Of a stretch of DNA of 40,496 bases, positions 15,819 through 27,814 are shown piece after piece. The stretch covers positions 1 through 40,496 of the forward strand of contig JBGGMJ010000037.1 in assembly GCA_041288095.1 (NCBI GenBank), in the 5' to 3' direction. Within the stretch, counting starts at the first letter, position 1, and every line of letters starts with the position of its first letter. A program made the position numbers and the translations under genes. The notes below the pieces were generated by a model, which was given only the letters and a program-made list of their open reading frames with translations, did not search any database and was not told where the DNA came from. This DNA comes from Myxococcota bacterium (GTDB lineage Bacteria > Myxococcota > XYA12-FULL-58-9 > JALHOP01).

Positions 15819-18326
15819 TTGCCTTCATTGTTGCTGCTCGTCGCGCTGGTGGCGCAGGTGTCCGCCAAATCGGACACCGCCGCGCCCGAGGCGGAAGCGA
15901 AGTCTCCGTTCGAGCGTCTCGCCGTCGTCGACAGCGCCATCGAGGCCGTCGACAAGCACCTCGCGCTCGAGAATCTCACCCAGGCGCAGCTGCTCGAGAT
16001 CAAAGAGCGGCTGGTGCCGCTCGAAGACGAGCTCGCGGCCATCGTTGGCGAGCTCGAGCCGTATATCGAAGGCATCGACGCGCGCCTCGAGCAGCTCGGC
16101 AAAGCGCCGGGGCCCGATGACCCGCCCGAGGATCCCAACGTCGCCGCCGACCGGGAGCAAGAAACCAAGAAGCGCCAGGAATGGGACGATGCGCTCAAGC
16201 GGTCGAAGATCTTGCAGCTACGCGAGCGCGAGCTCGTCGCCGACGTGGCGAAGCACCGCCGCCAGATGTTTTCCGCGGAGCTCTCGGCGCGCACGACGAG
16301 CATCCTCGGCCTCACGTACTGGCGGGCCGTCCTCGGTAACATTCCCATCGATGCTCGGCGCTTCGAGCTGCGCTACCGCGAAGGCGTCGCGGCGCTTTCC
16401 AAAGGGCTGACGGGCGAGGCACGCACGCACCTCGCGTTCCTGTGCTTGCTCGGCCTCGCGATCGCCATCGCCGGTCCCCTGCTCGGCGTGCGCGTGGGCG
16501 AAAAGCTCGCGCTGCGTTGGCTGCCCGACAACCGCTTGCGGCGGACGCTCGTTGCGCTGTGGACGGTGATCGTCTTCGTGGCCCTGCCGGTGTTGGGTGC
16601 GAGCTTGGTGGCGGACGCGGTCGAAGGGACGCCAGGGCTGACACCGTTCATGGCTACCATGGTCGCGACGTCGGTGGCCGTGGTCCGCATCGTCGCGCTG
16701 ATCACCGGTCTCGCGCGCGCCTGGCTGCAGCCACGGTGTCCGCAATGGCGACTCGTGTGGTGGAGCGACGCGCAGGTTGCCCGCCTGCGCGGCTTTCCCA
16801 TGGCCATCGCGATTCTCGTCGCGTGCCGTGTGGTGCTCGAGCGCGCGAACGACAATCTCGGCACCAGCCTGCACGTGTCCATCCTCGGTCGCACGGTCTT
16901 TGCTTTGGCCATCCTGTGCGTCTTCGCGGTCGCGTTGGCTCGCCTCGGCGCTATTCGCCACGAGCTCATCGCCAATCCGCCGCCGCGGCTCCCCGGCGGC
17001 AAAGCGCACAACCCCGTGCCCGCGGCGCTGGTGTCGAGCTTCGCCTGGATCCTCGTGCTCGTCGCGCCGATCGCGCTGGTTCTTGGTTACAACGCGCTGG
17101 CGATCTTCATCGTCAGTGAGATCACGCAAGTGGGTGTCGTGCTTGCGGCGCTGTTCCTGCTCATGCGCCTCGTCGACGACATCTTCGAAGCGGTCCTGTC
17201 CGAGCACTTTCCGCTCGGCCGTCTGCTAAGGCGGTCCATTGGGTTCTCCGCTGCCTACATCGATCAGATTGCCGTCGTCCTCGCGGCGGTATCGCGCGTC
17301 GCGCTCGTTTACGTCGCCGCGCGTCTCGTCCTGCTGCGTCTGGGTGGCGAGGATGTCACGAGCGTCGCCGGCCGGATCCAAGACGGCCTGGCCGATCTCA
17401 AGGTCGGCGAGGTCACGATTTCACCCGGCGCCATCGTCGGCGCCCTCCTCGTATTCGGTGGCGTCTGGCTGCTCACGCGCACGGTGCGACGCTGGCTCGA
17501 GAACAGTTATCTGCCGCACACGAGCCTCGACAGTGGAGCGCGTAACTCCCTGTCGACCGGCATCGGCTACCTCGGTTTCGTCGGCGCCGTGCTCATGGCG
17601 GTCGCCTACCTCGGGGTGTCGTTGGACAAGGTCGCGCTCATCGCGAGCGCCCTGTCGGTCGGCGTCGGCTTCGGGCTCCAGGCCATCATCAGCAACTTCG
17701 TGAGCGGGCTCATCTTGCTCGTCGAGCGTCCCATCAAGGTCGGCGATCTCGTAAACGTCAGCGGCACCACCGGCGACGTGAAGAAGATCAGCGTGCGTGC
17801 CACCGAGATCCTGCTCGGCGATGGCTCGACGTACGTCGTTCCGAACTCCGACCTGATCTCGAAGCCCGTCGTCAACAAGACGCGTCTCGGTGTGCGCGGG
17901 CAGGTCCAGTTCTTGTTGCGCATCGCCTACGGAGAGGATCCGAACCGCACGCGCGAGGTCATTCTCGACGAAGCCGCGAAGCTCGAAAAGCTCCTGAGGG
18001 ATCCGAAGCCCGCGGTCTTCATCGACGATGTCGACGACCGCGGATACGTCTTGAACATCGTCGCGAACGTCGCGTCCCCCCGCGATACGTACGGCGCCAA
18101 GAGCGACTTGTTCTTCGCCATCACCAAGCGGCTACGCGCCGAGCGCATCGCGCTGGGCAGTCCGATTACCAGCGTGGCGTCCGACGAGGGCTCCGCGAGC
18201 GCCGAGCAGACCGACACCGAGGTCGAGACGACCGCGGAAGAGCCGGCTGCCGAGCCGCCGCCATCGTCGACGGAGGACACCAGCGAGCGGCCGGCCTTGG
18301 GTGACGGGAAGGGCGCGGGCTCGTAA
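15819..18326 (+). CDS. Large MscS-family mechanosensitive channel (DUF3772/MscK-like)
   Basis: Signal peptide, coiled periplasmic region, many TM segments, and the MscS core ALSVGVGFGLQAIISNFVSGLILLVERPIKVGD...VPNS. Confidence 0.93.
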   Translation: MPSLLLLVALVAQVSAKSDTAAPEAEAKSPFERLAVVDSAIEAVDKHLALENLTQAQLLEIKERLVPLEDELAAIVGELEPYIEGIDARLEQLGKAPGPDDPPEDPNVAADREQETKKRQEWDDALKRSKILQLRERELVADVAKHRRQMFSAELSARTTSILGLTYWRAVLGNIPIDARRFELRYREGVAALSKGLTGEARTHLAFLCLLGLAIAIAGPLLGVRVGEKLALRWLPDNRLRRTLVALWTVIVFVALPVLGASLVADAVEGTPGLTPFMATMVATSVAVVRIVALITGLARAWLQPRCPQWRLVWWSDAQVARLRGFPMAIAILVACRVVLERANDNLGTSLHVSILGRTVFALAILCVFAVALARLGAIRHELIANPPPRLPGGKAHNPVPAALVSSFAWILVLVAPIALVLGYNALAIFIVSEITQVGVVLAALFLLMRLVDDIFEAVLSEHFPLGRLLRRSIGFSAAYIDQIAVVLAAVSRVALVYVAARLVLLRLGGEDVTSVAGRIQDGLADLKVGEVTISPGAIVGALLVFGGVWLLTRTVRRWLENSYLPHTSLDSGARNSLSTGIGYLGFVGAVLMAVAYLGVSLDKVALIASALSVGVGFGLQAIISNFVSGLILLVERPIKVGDLVNVSGTTGDVKKISVRATEILLGDGSTYVVPNSDLISKPVVNKTRLGVRGQVQFLLRIAYGEDPNRTREVILDEAAKLEKLLRDPKPAVFIDDVDDRGYVLNIVANVASPRDTYGAKSDLFFAITKRLRAERIALGSPITSVASDEGSASAEQTDTEVETTAEEPAAEPPPSSTEDTSERPALGDGKGAGS

Positions 18327-18429
18327 GGTTCACGAACAACTGGCATCGACCTCGGGAATCTCCTAGCCTGCTGGCCGTCGACTCGTAGTCGACGTCGAAA
18401 GCCCTAAAGGCGATTCGCCCGGAGCAATC

Positions 18430-21400
18430 GTGACCCCCTCACGTGTGGTGCTGGCGTTCTCGTGTCTATCCCTCGGTGTCCTGCTCACCCGCTGCGGCGG
18501 TGACGACTGTACAGAAAACTGCGATGGGCCTCTCGTCGGCTTGACGGTCATCGCCCCCGACCAGATGGCGGAAGCGAGTTGCGCCCCCGCGCAGATCGTC
18601 CAGCTCGACGGGGGCACGACCGTGCGTCCGACGCGCGAGACCAGGCTCGCGCTCTCCGGAGACGCCTCGTGGTACTCGGACTCCGGCTGTAGTGTGGCGG
18701 CAACGAGCGCCACGCAGGACGCGGGTGCTCGGAGCGCCATCGCCTATCTGTCGGGCAGGAGCGCTGGACGCCTGCGAGCACAGGCTCGCGGCCGTGACGT
18801 CGGCGGCGAGGCCATCGTCGAAACGCGGGCCATCGGCGGCGCTTACACGAACATCCGAGTCGGCGGAGCCCGCTAAGCTGACGTGGGCGTATGCGTACCC
18901 ATCTGGTTCGCGGCGGCCGATAGCGCCGGCGCACCCGCGAGCGTGGGCGGCGGCGTCACCGTGTTGCTCGCGGCTCCCGGCACCAGCTTCTTCGAGACCG
19001 AAGGGTGCACCTCGGCGCGCAACACCTTCATCCTCACGGCGGGCCACGAGAGCGCCATCGCTTACGCCCGTTTTGGCGTACCCGGCGACGTGACCGTGAC
19101 CGCGAGCGTCGGCGGCACTTCGCAAGGCAGCGCTCAGGTCGACGTCGCGGGCGACCCGCAGTACCGCGTCTTGATCACTCCGGCGGCCGATACCGCGCTG
19201 GTCCAGGCGGGCGAGTGCAAGCCCTTCGCCGTTGCGATTGTCGATCAGCTCGGCGCGCCAATCTCGGTGAACGCCCTCGATGTCGCCGTGCGCGGCAACG
19301 ACGCGTCTGTTTTCGCGGACGCCGCCTGCGCGACGCCGCCGATCACCACGGCCAGGGTTTCGGGCACGACGCCGACGACCGTCTACGTGCGCGCGAGCAA
19401 GGTCGGTAGCGCGAGCTTCACCGCGAGCCTTTCCGAGCTGGTCTCGCGCACCATCCAGCTGCAAGTCAGCGCCGCGGCGGCTTCGGCTCTGCGTCTCGGC
19501 GGTCCGCCGCGCTTGTCGCAGAACGGCTGCTACCCCTTCGTGGTCGAGCGCACCGATGCGTTCGGTAACCTCGTGACCGGTGGCGCCGTGGCCACGACGT
19601 TGAGCTCGACGCTCGGCATGTTCACGGACAGCGCCTGCACCGCCGCTACCACCGCGGTCAACATCGCGTCAGGCGAGTCGGTTGGTCACTTCTTCGTAAG
19701 TGGCGCGAGCCTGGGCACCGGCGTCGCTATCGGCGCCACCGCTACCGGCCTCAGCGCCGCCAACAAGACCGTCGACGTCATCGCGGTGGCGACCGCGTTC
19801 CGGCTGGAGATTCGCAACACCGCGGCCGCCGGCGAATGCGTGCCCGCCAGGTTGTACAGCGTCAACGGCACCGGTGCGGTGAGCGACGTGCTCGTCGCCG
19901 AAACGCCGACCATCTCGCCGACACCTGGGCAGCTCGTGCGTTACCGAGACATCAACTGCAGCATCATTCAGAGCACCGCTACCATTCCCGCGCTCGGCAG
20001 CCAGGTCGACTTCTACGTGCGAGCGACCACCGCGGATAGCTACTCGATCGTGACCACCGGTGGGACGCTGACCGCGGCGCCGGCGCGCACCATCGATGTC
20101 GGTCCTGGTCCGCTAGCGCAGACTGACGTCTACGGCCCCGATCGCGTCAACTTCCGCACCTGCACCCCGATCTTCGCCGACTTCTACGACCAGTACGGCA
20201 ACCCGGTAACCTTGTCGAACGGCAGGTCCCTCGATGCCGGCACCCAAGACTTCGGTGACATCTTCGACAACGCGGCGTGCGCCGGCAACCCGGTGGACCA
20301 GATCTACGTGCCGAGCGGCTCGTCCTCGACCATCGTCTACTATCGCGGAGAGCACCTCGGCGACGACAGCGTCGGCGTCGGCGCCAGTGACGTCTATCCG
20401 GGCAGCGTGAGCTTCGAGGTGTTGCTCTTCATGGGCGATACCCGGATTCCACTCTCGGATCTCCCCATCGCCAAGGAGGTCGCGATGCGCGCCGACGGCA
20501 GCGTCCTCTACGCGCAGACGACGACCGGCATGATCTACCGGTCGACCGACAACGGCGCCACCTGGCTGGCGCAGTGCACGACGAACGCCATCGTTCCGCT
20601 CGACTACGTCGGCAATCTTTTCGTCTCGACCGCGGGCGACGCCACGGCTTACGTCACCGACCAGTATACGAACTACGCCCGCATCGACCAGCTCGATGGC
20701 GGCGCCTGCCCGAGCATTCGCCAGCCCTTCACCCAGTACATCTACGGCTACTGGCAGAGCAGCGCCATCACCGTCGATCCGCTGGGCCAGCTTTGGGCGT
20801 GGAACGGCAACCAGCTCTACTACTCGGGCAACCAGGGTACCGACTGGACCTTCCAATACACGAACCCGGCGGTGAACACCCAGTACACCGCGCACATGTC
20901 GCACCACCCGACCGACACCAACATCAAGCTCGCGGACTTCTACTATGCAAGCTCCGGCACGGGCCTCTATCAGTCCTTGAACGGCGGCACGTCGTTCACG
21001 GCGACCAGCGCCGTCGGCTTTGGCGAGCCCACGTACCTTGCGCGCTTCGATCCGGCGCACACGGGCTACGCTTACAAGCTTGGCCGTCAGAGCGTCGACA
21101 ACGGCGCTACCTGGACCGCCAACACCGGTTACAACGGCCTCTCGGTTTCGTGGGCGCTCGACTCGAGCGGCGCGGCCTATCGCTTTACCGGCAACGGCAC
21201 GACGACCGTGGTCGAGCGCGCTCCTGATGCGCGCACGCCGGTTTGGGCAGCCCTTGCGGACGGCACCTTGAGCGAGCCCTTCAACACCTACGTGTCGCAG
21301 ATGGCGGTCTCGACCGATGGCAGCACCATCGCGGTGCAGTCGGGTGGACACCTGTACTTGACCACCGACGCCGGCGCGAACTTCGAAGCGATCACCACGC

Positions 21401-22332
21401 CCGGCACCTTGGCGGAACGCAGTCCCGGCCTCGTCATCACCTCGCCGACCGACGCCTATGCGGCGAGCGGTGGAGACCCGGTGCTCATCTACGCCACCAG
21501 CGACGGCGGCGAGAACTGGCAACGGATGGGCTTGTTCGCCGGCTACGGCACCCAGCCGTACTTCCACGTCAACCCGAACTTCCCGCAAACCGTTTACATG
21601 CGTGGCGAGGCGTTTGGCGGCACCGACGACGGCAATGTCTTCGCCACTCAGGATGGGTTCAACACCATCAACTACGATCCCGCCGGTTCGGTCGAGACCT
21701 GGTGGGGCACCGGCGCGGTCAGCCTCCACGACCCACTCGTGTTCTACACGCTAGGCAACGGCATTTGCCGGCGCACCTTGGACGGCGGCTTGAGCTACGA
21801 AGATCATCCGTGCGACGTGCCCCAGTACTGGTATGCGGCCGCGGTTGGTTGGGTGAGCCCCGCCTCGCAGGACATCGTGTACATCGCGGGGTACGACTGG
21901 AACATCGGTGGCCCGTATCTGTGGAGCGTGAATTGGGTGACCGGCGAGCGTACGCTGCTCCCGAGTGTCGGCTACGGCACCGCGGGCCTCGAGATGTACG
22001 ATGGCCCGTCGGGAGTCGTCATGCGCACCGCCGACGCCTATGGTCGCTTGCAGAGCTCGACTGACGGCGGCGCGAGCTTCACACCGCTCACCAACGGTCC
22101 GTTCGACAACTATTGCTACTACGGCCGCAACGTCACGTCGCTGAAGGGCCGACCCGAGGTCGTGGCGAGCGGCTGCCACCTCTACAACACCGTTTCGATC
22201 AGCCTCGACGGAGGAGACAACTGGACGACTCGGACCATTTCGAACTGCCCGATCCGCCAGATCTCGCTCCTCGATGGCGTCATGGTGGTGTCGTGCACCA
22301 ACCGAGCGCCCGAGGTTATCGAGTACACCGAC

Positions 22333-22341
<9 letters not shown>
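18430..22341 (+). pseudogene. Large surface (lipo)protein with six Cys-paired Ig-like repeats and Asp-box beta-propeller(s), interrupted by an in-frame TAA at 18874-18876
   Basis: ORFs 18430..18876 and 18883..22341 share one frame, and the stop falls within the start of repeat 2. About ten Asp-box-like motifs (e.g. STDNGATW, TSDGGENW, STDGGASF, SLDGGDNW). Could be a true nonsense allele or a sequencing error. Confidence 0.7.
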
Positions 22342-24147
<1,806 letters not shown>

Positions 24148-24220
24148 GAAGGCGGCGGCTTATACACGCCGTGGGGGGGCTTGGCTATGAGGGAAGCTCC
24201 GCCGGCTCCCAGCACCCCCG

Positions 24221-24694
24221 CTAGAGCTGCTTCTCGATGTCGTCCGCGAGCGTCTTGGGCTCGTCGTTGGGGGCGAAGCGCTTGACCACCTTGCCGGTCT
24301 TGTCGACCAGGAACTTGGTGAAGTTCCACTTGATGGCTTCGGTGCCAAGAACCCCTGGGGCCTGCGCTTTGAGCTCCGCGAACAGCGGATGCGCGTAGGG
24401 GCCGTTCACCTCGACCTTGTCGAACATCGGGAAGGTCACCCCGTAGTTCTTCTCGCAGAACGCGGCGATTTCCTCGTTGCTGCCGGGCTCCTGGCCGCCG
24501 AACTGATTGCAGGGGAAGCCCATGACCACGAGGCCGCGCTCCTGGAAGCGCTTGTGGAGGTCTTCGAGCCCTCGGTACTGCGGCGTGAAGCCGCAGTTGC
24601 TCGCCGTGTTCACGATGAGCAGCACCTTGCCCTTGTAGTCAGCCAAGGTCGTGGGTTCGCCTGCGAGGGTTCGAATGGGATGGTCGTAGCGCAT
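24221..24694 (-). CDS. Glutathione peroxidase family protein (Cys type)
   Basis: VNTASNCGFTPQY, GFPCNQFGGQEPG and IKWNFTKFLVD. Confidence 0.97.
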   Translation of the reverse strand: MRYDHPIRTLAGEPTTLADYKGKVLLIVNTASNCGFTPQYRGLEDLHKRFQERGLVVMGFPCNQFGGQEPGSNEEIAAFCEKNYGVTFPMFDKVEVNGPYAHPLFAELKAQAPGVLGTEAIKWNFTKFLVDKTGKVVKRFAPNDEPKTLADDIEKQL

Positions 24695-24701
24695 CGGGCT
24701 C

Positions 24702-24890
24702 TCAGTAATGAGGTGGCTTTACGTTTCCGGGCGGTAGCACTCCAGGTTCGGAGAGCTGCCGCAAGCGGGCCACTTCGCCTACCAGGAGATCGACGGTCTC
24801 CGAAAGCTTGCGCACCACGTCGTCCAGCTCTTCCACCCGACGCTCGGTGTACGCAAGCTTGAATTCGACCTCGTCGAGCCGCTCGCTCAC
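24702..24890 (-). CDS. slyX: SlyX family protein
   Basis: ERLDEVEFKLAYTE coiled coil and C-terminal KPPHY. Confidence 0.9.
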   Translation of the reverse strand: MSERLDEVEFKLAYTERRVEELDDVVRKLSETVDLLVGEVARLRQLSEPGVLPPGNVKPPHY

Positions 24891-26191
24891 AACTGGGCGT
24901 TGCTCGCGTACTGGAGCATGTGAAGGTTCAGATCGCGGAAACGCAGCAGCTTTTCGCCCTGATTCTCCGCCATGAGTCGTTCGAAGGTGTCGGTGGTCTT
25001 GTGGTAGTCGGGGTTCTCGCCGCCGCCACCGGTGCGCCTGGTCAAGCCTTCGAAGTTGAAGAGCGTGATGATGCCGGCGCGCGTGAACACCTGGTTGTCC
25101 TGGCGTCCTTCGAACGAGTTGATGTCACGATTGACGAGGGCGAACTTGCGCTCGCCGAGCTGCTCCTGCGCGTAGGCAAAGGCGTCGGTAAGGAACGTCT
25201 TCTTGCCCTTCGTGGTGTCGATGACCGACATGCGGTCCGCTTCGAAGCGGCCGATCATGTCGTTGTTGATCGAGCCCTTGATAGCCGACAGCGGAATGCC
25301 GGGGATGGGGTGCTTGATGAAGTAGTTGGCGCCGACCAGGCCCTTCTCTTCCGCGGCGGTCCAGATGACGAGGACCGAGCGGTTGAGCTTGCCGGACTTC
25401 TGCAGCTCCGCGAGCATCGGCAGCAGCGAGGCGTTGGTGCCCGAGCCCGAGGCGTTGTCCGAAGCACCGGGGAACCAGCGCTGCGGTGTGCCGCCCAGGT
25501 GATCGAGGTGCGCCATCAGGACGATGTATTCGTCCTTCTGCGGGCCGGTGCCGCGCATGACGCCCATGACGTTCTGGACCTTCTGAGCGACGACGCCATT
25601 GCGGCGCAGGCTGTCGGGCGTGAGCTCCTCGCGCGGCGCGATGTTTACGCGGCCGTCGTAGTTGCCGATGCCGTGCTTGCGGCACTGCTGCTTGATGACG
25701 TCCTTCTCTTCGGCGTCGATGGTGTGGTCGAGGTAGAAGCCACCCTCGAACAGGTCGCGGCCGAAGCCACGCGGCGTGATGTGCGCGTGGTCGTCATCGC
25801 GGCGCAGCGAGAAGAGATCGAACGTCTGATAAAACGGATTGCCCGACGGGTCGCCCGGGTTCGGGCCTTCCATGCCGTACTTCTTCATCAGGCTGACCAT
25901 GAAGGCCGAGGCCGTGTCGAAGCCGGCCGAAGGGCTGCCGCGGCCCAGCAGCTCGATGGAGGACAGATACTTCACGTGCGCGATGGGATCGGCGTCGGGG
26001 TTGTTCTTGGCGATGGCCTCGAGACGGGAGACGGCTTTCGGACCGCCGACGCGGACGCTCGAGTCGGGCGTGCTCTTCAGGCGGCGAAGCTTCGGATGCA
26101 GCTTCTGGGGGCCGGGGGCCTGGGCCGATGGGGCTTCGCCGGAGGAAGAAACACGCGCGCCTTGGGTTCGGAGATCGCCGACCTTCGTCAT
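24887..26191 (-). CDS. M28 family metallopeptidase with no signal peptide
   Basis: AHLDHLG, GASDNASG, AAEEKGLVGA, NNDMIGR and DYHKTTDT zinc-ligand motifs. N-terminus is polar and Pro/Ser-rich. Confidence 0.92.
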   Translation of the reverse strand: MTKVGDLRTQGARVSSSGEAPSAQAPGPQKLHPKLRRLKSTPDSSVRVGGPKAVSRLEAIAKNNPDADPIAHVKYLSSIELLGRGSPSAGFDTASAFMVSLMKKYGMEGPNPGDPSGNPFYQTFDLFSLRRDDDHAHITPRGFGRDLFEGGFYLDHTIDAEEKDVIKQQCRKHGIGNYDGRVNIAPREELTPDSLRRNGVVAQKVQNVMGVMRGTGPQKDEYIVLMAHLDHLGGTPQRWFPGASDNASGSGTNASLLPMLAELQKSGKLNRSVLVIWTAAEEKGLVGANYFIKHPIPGIPLSAIKGSINNDMIGRFEADRMSVIDTTKGKKTFLTDAFAYAQEQLGERKFALVNRDINSFEGRQDNQVFTRAGIITLFNFEGLTRRTGGGGENPDYHKTTDTFERLMAENQGEKLLRFRDLNLHMLQYASNAQL

Positions 26192-26221
26192 GGAACTGCT
26201 GCCTTTTAGGGGAGGTCCCTA

Positions 26222-26250
26222 GTTATCCCGCGTAGGCCGCGAATGTTGCG
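26222..26250 (-). promoter_or_regulatory. Sigma-28-like promoter motif copy
   Basis: Minus strand CGCAAC-N15-GGGATAAC, 30 bp upstream of ATG 26191. Confidence 0.55.
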
Positions 26251-26400
26251 CGGGATTCGGACGGCGAGCCGCGTCGTAACCTACCGCGCCTTCGGCGCTG
26301 AAGGTCGGGATGCACAACGGCAACGTGCAACCCGACGCCAGCCGCCTCGGATCGCTGAAGTTTTCGCGGTGCGGCAACGGCCCTCCGCGTGCTTCGACGT

Positions 26401-27432
26401 TTAGGCGGTCGAGCCGCCGCAGCTCGAGCCGGCCCCGGCGGTGCAGCCGAAGCAGTGGCGATGGGTGACGATGGTGCGGGCCTCGAGGGCGGCCTTGTCG
26501 AAGTCCTTGATGTGGCGCGGGGCCTTGGCGTCGACTTCCATGTCGAGCATCTGGTTGAAATCGCAGTCGTAGAGCTTGCCGTCCCAGCTTACCGAGATGG
26601 TGTTGCGGCACATGACATTGGCGGCGGCGGCCGGGTTGTAACCGTTCACCAGCCGCTCCATGTAGCCTTCGAGATTGCTCGTCTCCATGAGCCATTCGAG
26701 ATAGCGGCTGATCGGCATGTTGGTGAGGCAGAAGAGCGCGTCGAACTTGATGCCGTGCAGCCGGTCGAGCTCGCGCTTCCATTCCTTCTCGAGCGAGGCC
26801 TGAGCCGCGGGCAGGAAGGCGCCTACCGGATTGGTGACCAGCACCAAGCGCAGTCCGTTGCCGGTTCCGTAGCCGACGGCATTGAGCTTCTTCAGCGCGC
26901 TGATGGATTTCTCGAAGACACCTTCGCCGCGCTGCGCGTCGGTGTTGGTGGCGCGGAAGTGGGGCAGGGAGCAGACCACTTCGACTTGGTTGTCGGCGAA
27001 GAACTTCGGGAGATGGGCGTGCGACGGCGTCTCGAGGATCGTGAGGTTGCAGCGATCCATGACGTGACGGCCGAGCTTTCTCACCTCGGTCACGAGCCAC
27101 TCGAAATGCGGATTGAGCTCGGGCGCGCCGCCGGTGATGTCGACGGTGGGGATGTCCGTTTTAGCGAGCGCCTGGAGACAGAGCTCCATGGTGGCACGCG
27201 ACATCTGCTCGCGCCGGTCAGGGCCGGCATCGACGTGGCAATGCTTGCACGTCTGATTGCAGAGCTTGCCGACGTTCAGCTGGAAGATCTCGATGCGCGT
27301 CGGGCGGAACGGCATCAGCGACGATTCCTTCAACGCCTCGTGGAACTCACGCGCGACCGGCAATCCCTCGAGCGCCTTGAGTTGCTCCGAGGTGCTGGCG
27401 AGCGGTGCTCTGCGCGACAGCAACGACGACAT
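26401..27432 (-). CDS. arsS: Radical SAM/Cys-rich protein, ArsS (arsenosugar biosynthesis) family with DUF3641 C-terminus
   Basis: CNQTCKHC (CxxxCxxC), DITGGAPELNP, YDCDFNQML and HCFGCTAGAGSSCGG. The ATG at 27432 overlaps the upstream TAA. Confidence 0.88.
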   Translation of the reverse strand: MSSLLSRRAPLASTSEQLKALEGLPVAREFHEALKESSLMPFRPTRIEIFQLNVGKLCNQTCKHCHVDAGPDRREQMSRATMELCLQALAKTDIPTVDITGGAPELNPHFEWLVTEVRKLGRHVMDRCNLTILETPSHAHLPKFFADNQVEVVCSLPHFRATNTDAQRGEGVFEKSISALKKLNAVGYGTGNGLRLVLVTNPVGAFLPAAQASLEKEWKRELDRLHGIKFDALFCLTNMPISRYLEWLMETSNLEGYMERLVNGYNPAAAANVMCRNTISVSWDGKLYDCDFNQMLDMEVDAKAPRHIKDFDKAALEARTIVTHRHCFGCTAGAGSSCGGSTA

Positions 27433-27767
27433 TACATCCCGACCTTTTTGACGTGGGCGCGCATCTGCGTGCCGTGAACGAGCGACGAGCCGCCCCGGAT
27501 GGCGGCGGCGACGTGAATGGCTTCGGTCATCTGCTCGATGTCCGAGCCCTTGGAGAGACAGTCGTTCGAGTAGGCGTCGATGCAGTAGGGGCACTGCACG
27601 GTATGCGCGACCGCCAAGGCGATGAGCGACTTCTCGCGCGCGGTGAGAGCTCCGTCGGCGAAGACGGCGCCGTACCAATCGAAGAACTTCTTGGCCAGCT
27701 CCGGCGCGGCTTTGCCGATTTCCGGGAAGCGGCCGAGGTCCGATGATTCGTAGTAATGCTCGTGCAT
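27432..27767 (-). CDS. CMD/AhpD-family peroxidase-like protein associated with ArsS-type radical SAM genes
   Basis: GALTAREKSLIALAVAHTVQCPYCIDAY (CxxC) and AAIRGGSSLVHG. Translationally coupled to arsS. Confidence 0.9.
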   Translation of the reverse strand: MHEHYYESSDLGRFPEIGKAAPELAKKFFDWYGAVFADGALTAREKSLIALAVAHTVQCPYCIDAYSNDCLSKGSDIEQMTEAIHVAAAIRGGSSLVHGTQMRAHVKKVGM

Positions 27768-27814
27768 GGCGGGGGAGCTTTACCCCTGAGACGCTCTGAA
27801 GCAAGAGAGTCTTC

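Noticed and set aside
26310-26400. Several GCAAC words on the plus strand downstream of arsS
   Set aside because: There is no good CCGATAA-like partner at 15-16 nt and no plus-strand gene follows.
26401-26450. Possible selenocysteine in the ArsS C-terminal GSSxGG motif or in the glutathione peroxidase active site
   Set aside because: Both positions are ordinary TGC Cys codons with no in-frame TGA.
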